53,708 nucleotides of DNA, from contig PWKU01000027.1 of assembly GCA_003559635.1 (NCBI GenBank), positions 1 to 53,708 of the forward strand, read 5' to 3'. The DNA comes from Candidatus Nealsonbacteria bacterium (GTDB lineage: Bacteria > Patescibacteriota > Minisyncoccia > Minisyncoccales > PWPS01). Position 1 is the first letter of the stretch; each line of letters opens with the position of its first letter. This document shows, in pieces, positions 15,883-24,564 of this stretch. A program made the position numbers and the translations under genes. The notes under the pieces were generated by a model that was not told the DNA's origin, ran no database searches, and worked only from the letters and a program-made list of their open reading frames with translations.

Positions 15883-16884
15883 ATGTTTTCAAGAAAAATA
15901 GGAATTGATCTGGGAACCTGTAACTCTTTGGTTTTTGCTCCCGGTAAAGAAATTATCTTAAATGAGCCTTCTGTTGTTGCTGTTAGCGTACATGAGAATA
16001 AAATTCTTGCGGTTGGAAAAGAAGCCAAGGAAATGATAGGAAGGGCTCCCGATGAGATAAAAGTTTACAGACCCCTTAAAGATGGGGTAATTGCTGAATA
16101 TAGAATAACTGAGGCGATGTTGCGTTACTTTATACAAAAATCTCCCGGACTGAAATTTGTTAAACCGGAGCTTATGATTGGTGTTCCGGCGGGGATAACA
16201 TCGACAGAGAAGAGAGCTGTTATTGAAGCTGGTATTTCTGCAGGTGCTCGATCTGTTTATAAGGTCAAAGAACCTATTTTAGCCGCTATCGGAGCGGGAA
16301 TTCCCATTGCGTCTTGTTCCGGCCATATGGTGGTTGATATTGGGGGAGGAACTACGGAAATCGCTATAATATCTCTTGGAGGAGTGGTTGCCGTAAGATC
16401 TTTGAGGGTTGCCGGAGACAGTATGGATTTTGCCATTTCCAATTATATAAAAGATAAACATAATGTTGCTCTGGGAGAGAAAAGTGTTGAAGATATTAAG
16501 ATGAATATTGGAACGGCGATCAAGGAGAAAGAATCAAAAGTAATGGAGGTTCGAGGAAGAGATCTTGTTTCCGGTCTCCCAAAAACAATTAAGGTTACTT
16601 CGAATGATGTTTACGAGGCAATATCAGGCACACTTGAAGAGATTATAAAAGTTGTGAAATATGTCTTGAGAGAGACTCCTCCGGAGCTTTCTGCTGATAT
16701 TATGGACAAAGGAATGGTTCTTACCGGAGGCGGGGCGCTTCTTGAAAACATCGATGTCCTTGTAACGGAAAAGACGGGAGTGCCTTCTTTTGTTGCGGAA
16801 GAAGCGCTACTTTCCGTGGCTCGAGGTGCAGGAGTTGTTTTGGATAATCTGGATGCTTATAAGAGAAGCATTATGAGTAAATAA
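15883..16884 (+). CDS. mreB: Rod-shape protein MreB (paralog 1)
   Basis: IGIDLGTCNSLVF, NEPSVVAV, DIGGGTTEIAIISLGG, LTGGGALL. Confidence 0.92.
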   Translation: MFSRKIGIDLGTCNSLVFAPGKEIILNEPSVVAVSVHENKILAVGKEAKEMIGRAPDEIKVYRPLKDGVIAEYRITEAMLRYFIQKSPGLKFVKPELMIGVPAGITSTEKRAVIEAGISAGARSVYKVKEPILAAIGAGIPIASCSGHMVVDIGGGTTEIAIISLGGVVAVRSLRVAGDSMDFAISNYIKDKHNVALGEKSVEDIKMNIGTAIKEKESKVMEVRGRDLVSGLPKTIKVTSNDVYEAISGTLEEIIKVVKYVLRETPPELSADIMDKGMVLTGGGALLENIDVLVTEKTGVPSFVAEEALLSVARGAGVVLDNLDAYKRSIMSK

Positions 16885-16966
16885 TAAGAGATAAGCACCA
16901 AATCACAAATAAATTACAATTACCAAAATTCTAAGCACCAAACCTTTTGTGTTCTGAACATTTGAA

Positions 16967-17009
16967 TTTTGATATTATTTGGAATTTATTGCTTGTAATT
17001 TGTAATTTT
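16967..17009 (+). promoter_or_regulatory. AT-rich intergenic motif (family C) with an extended -10-like TGATATTAT, upstream of holB
   Basis: ttttgatattatttggaatttattgcttgtaatttgtaatttt aligns collinearly with 51137-51180. TG-a-TATTAT lies at 16970-16978. Confidence 0.35.
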
Positions 17010-17015
17010 CAAGAT

Positions 17016-17888
17016 ATGATTATCGGGCATAAAGAACAGCAGGAAAAAATACGCTCGCTTTTTGAGAAAAATGAAATACCTCATGCGCTTTTATTTTCCG
17101 GACCTGGCGCGGTTGGTAAAAAGACTACGGCTTTTTGGTTTTTAAAGATGATAAGTTGCGAGGGAAGAGACAAACCCTGTGGAGAGTGTCGTAGCTGTTA
17201 TGAGATTGAAGAAAATATCCACTTAGACATATTGCAAGTTTTTCCCGAAGAGAAAGAAATAAGATTAAAACAAATTGAAGAGATTATAGAGAGAATTTCA
17301 TACAAGGGAGCCAAATCATGTTATAAAGGAGTTGTAATAGACGAGGCGCATCTAATGAATGTTCAGTCGCAAAACGCTCTTTTGAAAACACTTGAAGAAC
17401 CCTCAAAAGACACAGTAATAATTTTAGTTACCGAGCATCCTTATTCGCTTTTGCCCACTATTTTATCGAGAATGTTTGAAATCAAATTCTCTCTTGTCAG
17501 TGAAAAAGAAATAGGAAAGAGCTTGAAAAGCAACGAGATTGCCGATCTTTCTTTTGGAAAACCGGGGCTGGCAATAAACTATTTACAGTTTCCGGAAAAA
17601 AAGAAAAGAGCGGAGAACTTAAAGAAAGAGATGAATGGAATGTTTGAGAAAGATTTTTCTTTTCGCTTCTCGTTAATAAAAAAAGCAACAGATGAGGAGA
17701 AGGGAGAAGAGTTTCTGGAATGCCTACTGAAAGCCATGCAAATTGAAATGCACAAAAGGATAAAAGAGAAAAAGGAGACAAAAGATTTTTTACAAGCCAT
17801 AAAAGAAGCTGAAGAGGCGATTTTTCTTCTTTCGAAAACAAATATAAATGTTCGCCTTGCATTGGAAAAAATAGCAATAAAAATATAA
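17016..17888 (+). CDS. holB: DNA polymerase III subunit delta'
   Basis: HALLFSGPGAVGKKT, C-x-x-C zinc module (CGECRSC), VIDEAHLMN, LLKTLEEP, SR. ATG at 17016 is preferred; the track ORF starts upstream at a non-ATG codon. Confidence 0.85.
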   Translation: MIIGHKEQQEKIRSLFEKNEIPHALLFSGPGAVGKKTTAFWFLKMISCEGRDKPCGECRSCYEIEENIHLDILQVFPEEKEIRLKQIEEIIERISYKGAKSCYKGVVIDEAHLMNVQSQNALLKTLEEPSKDTVIILVTEHPYSLLPTILSRMFEIKFSLVSEKEIGKSLKSNEIADLSFGKPGLAINYLQFPEKKKRAENLKKEMNGMFEKDFSFRFSLIKKATDEEKGEEFLECLLKAMQIEMHKRIKEKKETKDFLQAIKEAEEAIFLLSKTNINVRLALEKIAIKI

Positions 17889-17949
17889 TTTAATCGATAA
17901 CTAACAGCTTAGGTCTTCATTTAAAGAAGGTTATAAGCCAAACTAAATT

Positions 17950-18510
17950 ATGTCTGAATACAAAAAAATAATTGATAAAATTAAGCCGGAGATGGAAAAA
18001 ACAGTAAAACATCTTACGGATGAAATGAAAAGAGTGAGGGCAGATAGGGCAACGCCATCTCTAGTCGAAGACATTATTGTCGATTGTTTCGACCAAAGAT
18101 TGCCGTTAAAACAATTGGCGGCTATTTCCTGCCCCGAACAAAGGCAGATATTAATTCAACCATGGGACAGAAACTACATTAAGGATATGGTAACCGCTTT
18201 GCAAAAAGCGGAATCGGAGCTTAGTCCTACGGTTGAAAACAATGCTATCCGCATCATTCTTCCTCCGCTTACAGAAGAGTATCGTAAAAGTTTGTTAAGG
18301 CTTTTATCTGGTAAAAAAGAGGAAGCGAGAGTAAATCTCAAAAGGATAAGGGAAGATGCGTGGGGAAAGATTCAGAACAAGTTTCAAGAGGGGGAAATCA
18401 GTGAAGATGATAAGTTCAAAGGAAAAGAAGAATTACAGAAATTAATCGATGACTACAATAAAATGGCGGAGGAGATAATAGAGAAAAGAGAAAATGAGAT
18501 AAAAGGGTAA
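17950..18510 (+). CDS. frr: Ribosome recycling factor
   Basis: 186 aa: MEKTVKHLTDEMKRVRADRATPSLVEDIIVD...PLKQLAAIS...IQPWD...LPPLTEE.R.... Confidence 0.93.
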   Translation: MSEYKKIIDKIKPEMEKTVKHLTDEMKRVRADRATPSLVEDIIVDCFDQRLPLKQLAAISCPEQRQILIQPWDRNYIKDMVTALQKAESELSPTVENNAIRIILPPLTEEYRKSLLRLLSGKKEEARVNLKRIREDAWGKIQNKFQEGEISEDDKFKGKEELQKLIDDYNKMAEEIIEKRENEIKG

Positions 18511-18583
18511 ATAATGACGTGGGACTGCCGTAATCATTCGGCTAAACAAAAAACAGTATAAAGAGCTATAAACCAAACAAACT

Positions 18584-19651
18584 ATGCCCAATCTTTTTGT
18601 AATTATATTAAGCCTGATTATTTTGATTTTCCTGCATGAGTTGGGCCATTTTCTGCTTGCTAAAAAATATGGAATTAAGGTGGAAGAGTTTGGCATAGGG
18701 CTCCCGCCGAGGCTTTACGGGAAAAAAGTGGGAGAAACTCTTTATTCAATTAACTGGCTTCCTTTGGGAGGCTTTGTAAAGCTTTACGGGGAAGACAAAA
18801 AAATAGATAATCAGAGAAGCTTTTCTTCAAAACCCATTTACCAAAGAGCTCTTGTTATTTTTGGAGGGGTGGCCGCTTTTTTCGTAATTGCTTTTTTGAT
18901 TTTCTCGGTATATTCGGTGGTGGGGGTGCGGGCTCCTGTAGAAGAAGGAGTTGCTTTGGAGGAAATGAATGACCCGATGATTATTATTACAAAGGCGGTG
19001 AGGGAATCGCCTGCGAGAGAGGTGGGGATAAAGGCCGGAGACATACTGATGGAGATAGATGGTAAGAAAATTGACTCACCATCTCAGGCAGTATCTATTT
19101 TGGAGGAAAAAGAAGGAATAGAGACAAAAATAATGGTTGTTCGAGGACAGGAAGAGAAATCTTTTACGCTAACACCCAGAACGGAATATGAGGAAGGTGA
19201 GGGAGCGGTCGGTATTGGCATGGCAATGACGGATATACAAAAGTACCCGGCATATTACGCCCCGTTACAGGGGGCCAGAATGACTGGTGAAATGACTTTT
19301 ATGGTTGCACAAGGATTTGGTATGTTGCTTCAATCTCTTGTTACGGGAGAGCCTCTTCCGGACGAGATGGAAATTGGGGGACCGGTCGCCATTGTAAATA
19401 TCGGTGCTGGTGCTCTTGGCAGGGGGGTTTCGGATTTTCTTCACTTTTTGGGAGCGATAACCGTTTCGCTGGCAGTCTTAAACATTCTCCCAATTCCCGC
19501 TCTTGACGGCGGAAGATTGATGTTCCTGGCAATAGAAAAGATAAAAGGGTCGCCAATATCGGAGAAGCTGGAGATGGGGCTTAATACGATATTTTTCTTT
19601 TTGTTAATTGGATTAATGCTCTTTGTAACCTTCAAAGATCTCGGTTTATAA
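18584..19651 (+). CDS. rseP: RIP site-2 metalloprotease RseP/YluC family (single PDZ)
   Basis: HELGHF zinc motif in TM1, PDZ-like PAREVGIKAGDILMEIDG, NILPIPALDGG motif. Confidence 0.9.
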   Translation: MPNLFVIILSLIILIFLHELGHFLLAKKYGIKVEEFGIGLPPRLYGKKVGETLYSINWLPLGGFVKLYGEDKKIDNQRSFSSKPIYQRALVIFGGVAAFFVIAFLIFSVYSVVGVRAPVEEGVALEEMNDPMIIITKAVRESPAREVGIKAGDILMEIDGKKIDSPSQAVSILEEKEGIETKIMVVRGQEEKSFTLTPRTEYEEGEGAVGIGMAMTDIQKYPAYYAPLQGARMTGEMTFMVAQGFGMLLQSLVTGEPLPDEMEIGGPVAIVNIGAGALGRGVSDFLHFLGAITVSLAVLNILPIPALDGGRLMFLAIEKIKGSPISEKLEMGLNTIFFFLLIGLMLFVTFKDLGL

Positions 19652-19665
19652 CGTATAATTAAAGC

Positions 19666-20718
19666 ATGATTAAAAAAATATTGGAGAAATTTTCTTTGGA
19701 CATCGGGATAGATCTTGGGACAGCGAACTGTTTGGTCTATGTAAAAGGAAAAGGTATTACAATGTCCGAGCCTTCCGTAGTTGCCGTAAATAACAAAACG
19801 GGACAGATTTTGGCAATTGGAGAGGAGGCGCGTAAGATGGTGGGAAAAACGCCGGGACATATTGTTGCGACAAGGCCATTGGTATCGGGAGTGGTTTCGG
19901 ACTTTGATGTGACGGAGCAAATGTTGCGTTACTTTATTGAAAAAGCATATGAAGGAAGTTTTCCGATTCATGCGCGTCCTCGGGTGGTAATCGGAATTCC
20001 CTGCGGAGTTACTGAAGTGGAAAGAAGAGCGGTAGAGGATGCCGGTAAAAATGCCGGAGCGGGAAAAGTTTTTCTTATTGAAGAACCGATGGCCGGGGCT
20101 ATCGGAGTGAGATTACCGATTCAGGACGCAGGAGGTAATTTTGTGGTTGATGTTGGAGGAGGGACTACCGAAGTGGCGGTTATTTCTCTGGGAGGAATAG
20201 TGATCTCACACAGCTTGAGAGTTGCCGGGGACAAGCTTAATGAAGATATCATCAATTTTGCCGAGAAGGAGTATAAACTTCTAATTGGCGAGAGAACGGC
20301 GGAAGACGTAAAGATAAGAATAGGCTCTGCGTGCCCTCTGGAGGAAAAAGCAGAATCTTCTATACGAGGAAGAAATCTGGTTACCGGTCTTCCCGAGGAA
20401 GTAAATGTGAACGATGCGGATATTCGAAAGGCAATGGAAAAATCGGTTAAGGAGATTGTAAAAACAATTAAAGATACCGTTGAAGAAACCCCCCCGGAAC
20501 TTTTGGCTGATATTATGTCTCGAGGGATACATCTTCTAGGCGGAGGAAGCCTTTTAAGGGGTCTTGATAAACTAATTGAGGAAGAGGTAAAGATAAAGAC
20601 GCAAACGGGAGATGACCCCCTTACCGCGGTTGTGCGTGGAGCGGGTTATGCCTTGGAACATATAGGAGGTCATACAGACATTTTCTTAGAAACCAAAGAA
20701 TTTGAGCCGCCTAAATAA
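19666..20718 (+). CDS. mreB: Rod-shape protein MreB (paralog 2)
   Basis: IGIDLGTANCLVY, SEPSVVAV, DVGGGTTEVAVISLGG, LLGGGSLLRGL. Confidence 0.92.
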   Translation: MIKKILEKFSLDIGIDLGTANCLVYVKGKGITMSEPSVVAVNNKTGQILAIGEEARKMVGKTPGHIVATRPLVSGVVSDFDVTEQMLRYFIEKAYEGSFPIHARPRVVIGIPCGVTEVERRAVEDAGKNAGAGKVFLIEEPMAGAIGVRLPIQDAGGNFVVDVGGGTTEVAVISLGGIVISHSLRVAGDKLNEDIINFAEKEYKLLIGERTAEDVKIRIGSACPLEEKAESSIRGRNLVTGLPEEVNVNDADIRKAMEKSVKEIVKTIKDTVEETPPELLADIMSRGIHLLGGGSLLRGLDKLIEEEVKIKTQTGDDPLTAVVRGAGYALEHIGGHTDIFLETKEFEPPK

Positions 20719-20740
20719 AATAAGAAAGCAGGCAATTCAT

Positions 20741-21025
20741 ATGATTAAGAAAAAAGAAATAGAGAGAATAGCATTTTTTGCTCGATTACACTTGGATGAC
20801 GAAGAGCAAAAGAGGATGCCAGAAGAGATAGACTCTATTTTACAATACATACAAAGGTTGAGGGATGTTGATATTAACGAAATAGAACCGCTTTTCCATT
20901 TTCCGGAATTAAAGAATGTGGTGCGCGAGGATATTGCAAAAACGGTTGACAGGGAAACACAAAAACAGATGATGGCAATGGGGAAAGACAAGGATGATTA
21001 TCTAAAAGTTGAGTCAATATTATGA
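20741..21025 (+). CDS. gatC: Asp/Glu-tRNA amidotransferase subunit C
   Basis: 94 aa: IERIAFFARLHLDDEE...ILQYIQRL. The stop overlaps the gatA start (ATGA). ATG at 20741 is preferred over the track start at 20702. Confidence 0.88.
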   Translation: MIKKKEIERIAFFARLHLDDEEQKRMPEEIDSILQYIQRLRDVDINEIEPLFHFPELKNVVREDIAKTVDRETQKQMMAMGKDKDDYLKVESIL

Positions 21026-22407
21026 AAACAACGATTAAAGGAGTTCAGGAAAAGATAAAAAAAGGAGAAACCAGCCACGAAGAGGTTTTTTCTTCTTATC
21101 TTGCGAGAATTAAGGAGAGAAATGAAACTACAAACGCTTTTCTTACGGTTTTTGAAAAATCCAAAACAGTGAATGAAGAAAAAAAAGAACTTCCTCTTTA
21201 CGGAGCTTTTTTTGCAGTAAAAGATAATATTTTAATTAAAGAGGAGCGTTGTACCGCCGGGTCAAAAATTCTTGAGCATTATGTCGCTCCTTATACGGCC
21301 ACTGTTGTTGAAAAAATATTGGAAAATGGGGGAGTTGTTGTTGGGAAGACCAACTTAGATGAATTTGCTATGGGGTCTTCTACGGAAAATTCTACATTTG
21401 GACCATCAAGAAATCCGATTGACACAGAAAGAGTTCCGGGCGGTTCCTCAGGCGGATCCGCTGCTGCTATTGCTGACGGAATGTGCAATGCTGGCCTTGG
21501 ATCCGATACGGGAGGCTCTATCAGACAGCCTGCAGCGTTTTGTGGGGTAGTAGGATTTAAACCTACTTATGGGACCGTTTCCAGGAGTGGGGTGATGAGT
21601 ATGTCTTCTTCATTTGACCAAGTAGGACCCTTTACAAATTGTGTAGAAGACGCGGAGACAGTCTTTAATGTCATCTCTGGAAAGGATGAGCGGGATTCAG
21701 TAACGAGTGATCTTATAAAAAAAGAGACCCAAGAGAACTTTAGAGTAGGCATTCTTAAGGAGTATTTTGTTGACGGAATAAATCAAGAAGTAAAAAGAGT
21801 TCTTCAAGAGGCGATTAAAAAAATAGAAAAAGCGGGCTTGGATGTTGTAGAAGTGAGTCTTCCTCACACGGAGTATGCTCTGCCCGCTTACGAGATTATT
21901 ATGGCTTCGGAAGTTTCTACAAATATGGCTCGTTATGATGGTATTCGCTACGGTTTGGAGTTTGACAGACCGGCCGCAAAGACCATGCAAGATGCTTATC
22001 TAAAAAATAGGGGAGAAGGGTTCGGTAAGGAGGTTAAAAGAAGAATTATTCTGGGAACTTACGCTCTCTCTGCGGGATATTATGACGCCTATTATATCAG
22101 GGCGCAAAAAATAAGAACCCTTATTGCGGAAGATTTCAAAAGCGTTTTTAAGAAGGTGGATGTGGTTTTTGCTCCGACAACTCCGACACTTCCGTTTAAA
22201 ATAGGAGAAAAAGTAGAAGATCCTTTGTCAATGCATTTGTCAGACATATTTACCGTGACAGCAAACCTTGCGGGCCTTCCGGCGATTTCTCTTCCTTGTG
22301 GGAAGAGTGGAGATTTCTCCGTTGGAGCTCAGGTTTTGGCGGATAGGTTTTATGAAGATAAATTATTCTTAGCGGCAAAAAAATTTGAAAAAATATGGAA
22401 ATCATAA
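21022..22407 (+). CDS. gatA: Asp/Glu-tRNA amidotransferase subunit A
   Basis: Amidase signature GGSSGGSAAAIA...GSDTGGSIRQPA. Confidence 0.94.
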   Translation: MKTTIKGVQEKIKKGETSHEEVFSSYLARIKERNETTNAFLTVFEKSKTVNEEKKELPLYGAFFAVKDNILIKEERCTAGSKILEHYVAPYTATVVEKILENGGVVVGKTNLDEFAMGSSTENSTFGPSRNPIDTERVPGGSSGGSAAAIADGMCNAGLGSDTGGSIRQPAAFCGVVGFKPTYGTVSRSGVMSMSSSFDQVGPFTNCVEDAETVFNVISGKDERDSVTSDLIKKETQENFRVGILKEYFVDGINQEVKRVLQEAIKKIEKAGLDVVEVSLPHTEYALPAYEIIMASEVSTNMARYDGIRYGLEFDRPAAKTMQDAYLKNRGEGFGKEVKRRIILGTYALSAGYYDAYYIRAQKIRTLIAEDFKSVFKKVDVVFAPTTPTLPFKIGEKVEDPLSMHLSDIFTVTANLAGLPAISLPCGKSGDFSVGAQVLADRFYEDKLFLAAKKFEKIWKS

Positions 22408-22940
22408 AAGAAGCGGCACAAGAAGTTTTTGAATACCTTAAAGATCCGACAGTGATTTCTCCCACTTTTGCTATTTTCTGGGAAACTATGAGGGTGATAT
22501 TTCTGACAATATCGGTCTTTTTCTTACTGTTACTTATTTTCTTGGTTTTTGTCAGTAATTACAAGCAGTTACGTTTTTTTGAAGATGTTTTTGAAAGGTA
22601 CACCACAAAGCCGTGGGTTGGGAAGAAAATAGACAAAAGATGGAAAGATATCATTGAACAGTCAAAAAGTGATGACGAAGAGACGAGAAGATTGGCGATT
22701 ATTGAAGCCGATGATATGACTGACGAGGTTTTATCAGATATCGGTTACGAGGGGGAAAATTTACTGGAAAAAACTCTGTTGTTGAACGAGGAAATCATTT
22801 CCAATATGGAAGAAATAAAAGATGCCCACCGAAGAAAAAGGGAGTTTGTCTATAATCCAAATGTCGAGGTTTCCAAAGAAGAGGCGGAGAAGTTGATTTC
22901 CACTTACGAATATCTCCTAAAAGACCTCGAAATTATTTAA
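22395..22940 (+). CDS. Hypothetical membrane protein (one TM helix)
   Basis: 181-aa ORF overlapping the gatA stop by 13 nt. TM segment VIFLTISVFFLLLLIFLVFV. No motif recognised. Confidence 0.55.
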   Translation: MEIIKEAAQEVFEYLKDPTVISPTFAIFWETMRVIFLTISVFFLLLLIFLVFVSNYKQLRFFEDVFERYTTKPWVGKKIDKRWKDIIEQSKSDDEETRRLAIIEADDMTDEVLSDIGYEGENLLEKTLLLNEEIISNMEEIKDAHRRKREFVYNPNVEVSKEEAEKLISTYEYLLKDLEII

Positions 22941-23002
22941 AAAAGGTTGACTTTTTCTCATATTGTTATAACATATGGAAGTTAGCTGGAAGATTAACAT
23001 AA

Positions 23003-23073
23003 AGCGGGGTAGTGAAACGGTATCATTTAGGGCCCATAACCCTAAGTTCTAGGTTCGAATCCTGGCCCCGCAA
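23003..23073 (+). tRNA. tRNA-Met (CAT), initiator-like
   Basis: Cloverleaf: agcgggg/ccccgca acceptor with an unpaired 1:72, U8, D stem gtga/tcat, anticodon stem taggg/cccta (three G:C pairs next to the loop), loop cccataa, T arm ctagg-ttcgaat-cctgg. The 3' end CCCCGCAA matches E. coli tRNA-fMet. No encoded CCA. Confidence 0.75.
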
Positions 23074-23156
23074 CATAAACAAGGGCTCGCAGCGCGTGCC
23101 GTCTTATTTTGAGAGATAGTGGAGGTTACGATCCGGAGAGACGGAAAGCCAATTCT

Positions 23157-23231
23157 GCCGGTGTAGCTCAGCTTGGTTAGAGCGGATGCATCATAAGCAT
23201 TAGGCCGGGGGTTCAAGTCCCTCCACCGGCA
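23157..23231 (+). tRNA. tRNA with CAT anticodon (elongator Met or lysidine-modified Ile2; not distinguishable by eye)
   Basis: gccggtg/caccggc acceptor, D arm gctc-agcttggtta-gagc, anticodon arm gatgc-atcataa-gcatt, T arm ggggg-ttcaagt-ccctc, discriminator A. Confidence 0.85.
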
Positions 23232-23273
23232 CATCTGAAAGATTTACTGCGGAGTTTGTTTAAAAGTGTAGTT

Positions 23274-23348
23274 GCAGGCGTAGCTTAGCCGGCTTAAAGC
23301 GCCTCCCTGTCACGGAGGAGATCGTGGGTTCGAATCCCATCGCCTGCG
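23274..23348 (+). tRNA. tRNA-Asp (GTC)
   Basis: gcaggcg/cgcctgc acceptor, anticodon arm cctcc-ctgtcac-ggagg, T arm gtggg-ttcgaat-cccat, discriminator G. Confidence 0.9.
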
Positions 23349-23356
23349 CCGCAAGA

Positions 23357-23381
23357 ACACATGGAAAACATGTGTTTTTTT
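23357..23381 (+). terminator. Intrinsic terminator after the tRNA cluster
   Basis: acacatg-gaaaa-catgtgt followed by TTTTTT. Confidence 0.6.
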
Positions 23382-23393
23382 ATTTCTACGAGG

Positions 23394-23490
23394 GCTTGAC
23401 AAAAAATCGCCCCAAAAACCACTTTTTCCCCTTAAAAACAAAGCGTTGCAGGGTCAGACCCTGCAACGCTTTGGGTGGGGTTTGTCGGGG
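23394..23490 (+). repeat. Intergenic repeat family B, full-length copy (core palindrome 23440-23472)
   Basis: cttgacaaaaaatcgccccaaaaaccactttttccccttaaaaacaaagcgttgcagggtcagaccctgcaacgctttgggtggggtttg aligns almost base for base with 42824-42930. Confidence 0.85.
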
Positions 23491-23500
23491 GTGGTGGGAG

Positions 23501-23529
23501 TTGCTTTTCTCTTTTTTTTAAGCTAAAAT
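23501..23529 (+). promoter_or_regulatory. Sigma70-like promoter placing the transcription start at or next to the pheS ATG (leaderless candidate)
   Basis: TTGCTT (23501-23506), 17-nt spacer, TAAAAT (23524-23529). The A of the ATG at 23536 is the 7th nt after the -10 box. Confidence 0.45.
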
Positions 23530-23535
23530 GAGTAT

Positions 23536-24561
23536 ATGACAAGCGGAAAAATTTCCAAGATTAAAGAAAGATTTTTGAAGGAAGTGGAGGAAGAAAAGGA
23601 TGCCGGAAAGAAGAGAAAAATCTGTAAAAAATACATAGAGGAAGACCTAGCCTCTGTTTTTTCTTTGGTTAAAAATTTGTCAGGAGAGAAGAGGGGCGAA
23701 GTGGGGAGAGCGGCCAATGAACTGAGAGAGTTTATCACAAAAAAGATGGAAGGAGAGAAGAGGGAGGAAGTTGCCGAAAAAGCCCGAATAGACGTTACAT
23801 TTCCAGGAACGGAGCCGGACTTAGGGAGTCTTCATCCCTTAACGGTACTTCAGAAAAGGTGCGAAGAGATTTTTCAAAAAATGGGGTTTGTTGTTGCCGG
23901 CGGACCGGAGCTTGAGAATGAATGGTATAACTTTGATGCTCTAAATTTTAAAAAGGATCATCCGGTAAGGGAAATGCAGGACACTCTTTTTGCTAAACAA
24001 AAAGACAGGGGATCTCTCTCCGAAAAAGAGAAACTTTTGATGAGAACACATACATCTCCCGTACAAGTTCGTTATATGGAAAACAGAAAGCCCCCTTTCA
24101 GAATTATTGTTCCGGGAAGAGTTTTTAGAAACGAAACTACGGATAATTCCCATGAGATAAACTTTTACCAGCTTGAGGGGCTGATGGTGGGAGAAGATGT
24201 TTCAATTGCAAACTTCAGAGCGGTTATTGGTTATTTTTTGCAACAGCTTTTCAGGGCTAAGGTTAAATTACGTCTCAGACCGTCCTTTTTTCCTTTCACA
24301 GAACCCTCATTTGAAGTTGATGTCAGTTGCTCAATCTGCGACCAAAAGGGATGTTCCGTTTGCAAACAAACGGGATGGATTGAGATTATGGGCGCGGGAA
24401 TGGTCCATCCTAATGTTTTAAGAAGTGCCAAGGTTGATCCCGATAAATTTACCGGGTTTGCTTTTGGTTGTGGATTGGACCGCATTGCGATGATTGAGCA
24501 CAAGATAGAAAATGTTCGTCTTTTTTACAGTGGAGACCTAAGGTTTCTAAAACAGTTTTGA
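23536..24561 (+). CDS. pheS: Phenylalanine--tRNA ligase alpha subunit
   Basis: HPLTVL, RTHTSPVQVR, class II motifs FRNE...DNSHEINFYQLEG and PSFFPFTEPSFEVD, GCGLDRIAM. Confidence 0.94.
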   Translation: MTSGKISKIKERFLKEVEEEKDAGKKRKICKKYIEEDLASVFSLVKNLSGEKRGEVGRAANELREFITKKMEGEKREEVAEKARIDVTFPGTEPDLGSLHPLTVLQKRCEEIFQKMGFVVAGGPELENEWYNFDALNFKKDHPVREMQDTLFAKQKDRGSLSEKEKLLMRTHTSPVQVRYMENRKPPFRIIVPGRVFRNETTDNSHEINFYQLEGLMVGEDVSIANFRAVIGYFLQQLFRAKVKLRLRPSFFPFTEPSFEVDVSCSICDQKGCSVCKQTGWIEIMGAGMVHPNVLRSAKVDPDKFTGFAFGCGLDRIAMIEHKIENVRLFYSGDLRFLKQF

Positions 24562-24564
24562 TTT

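Noticed and set aside
19441-19971. 176-aa minus-strand ORF
   Set aside because: It lies antisense across the rseP/mreB junction, where both + strand genes have unambiguous family motifs.
23396-23440. TTGACA inside repeat family B as a -35 box (also 42829-42834)
   Set aside because: No -10-like hexamer lies 16-18 nt downstream in either copy. The real promoter candidates lie further downstream (23501-23529 and 42952-42979).
23324-23521. 65-aa + strand ORF
   Set aside because: It starts inside tRNA-Asp and runs through the terminator and repeat family B, so it is not credible as coding.
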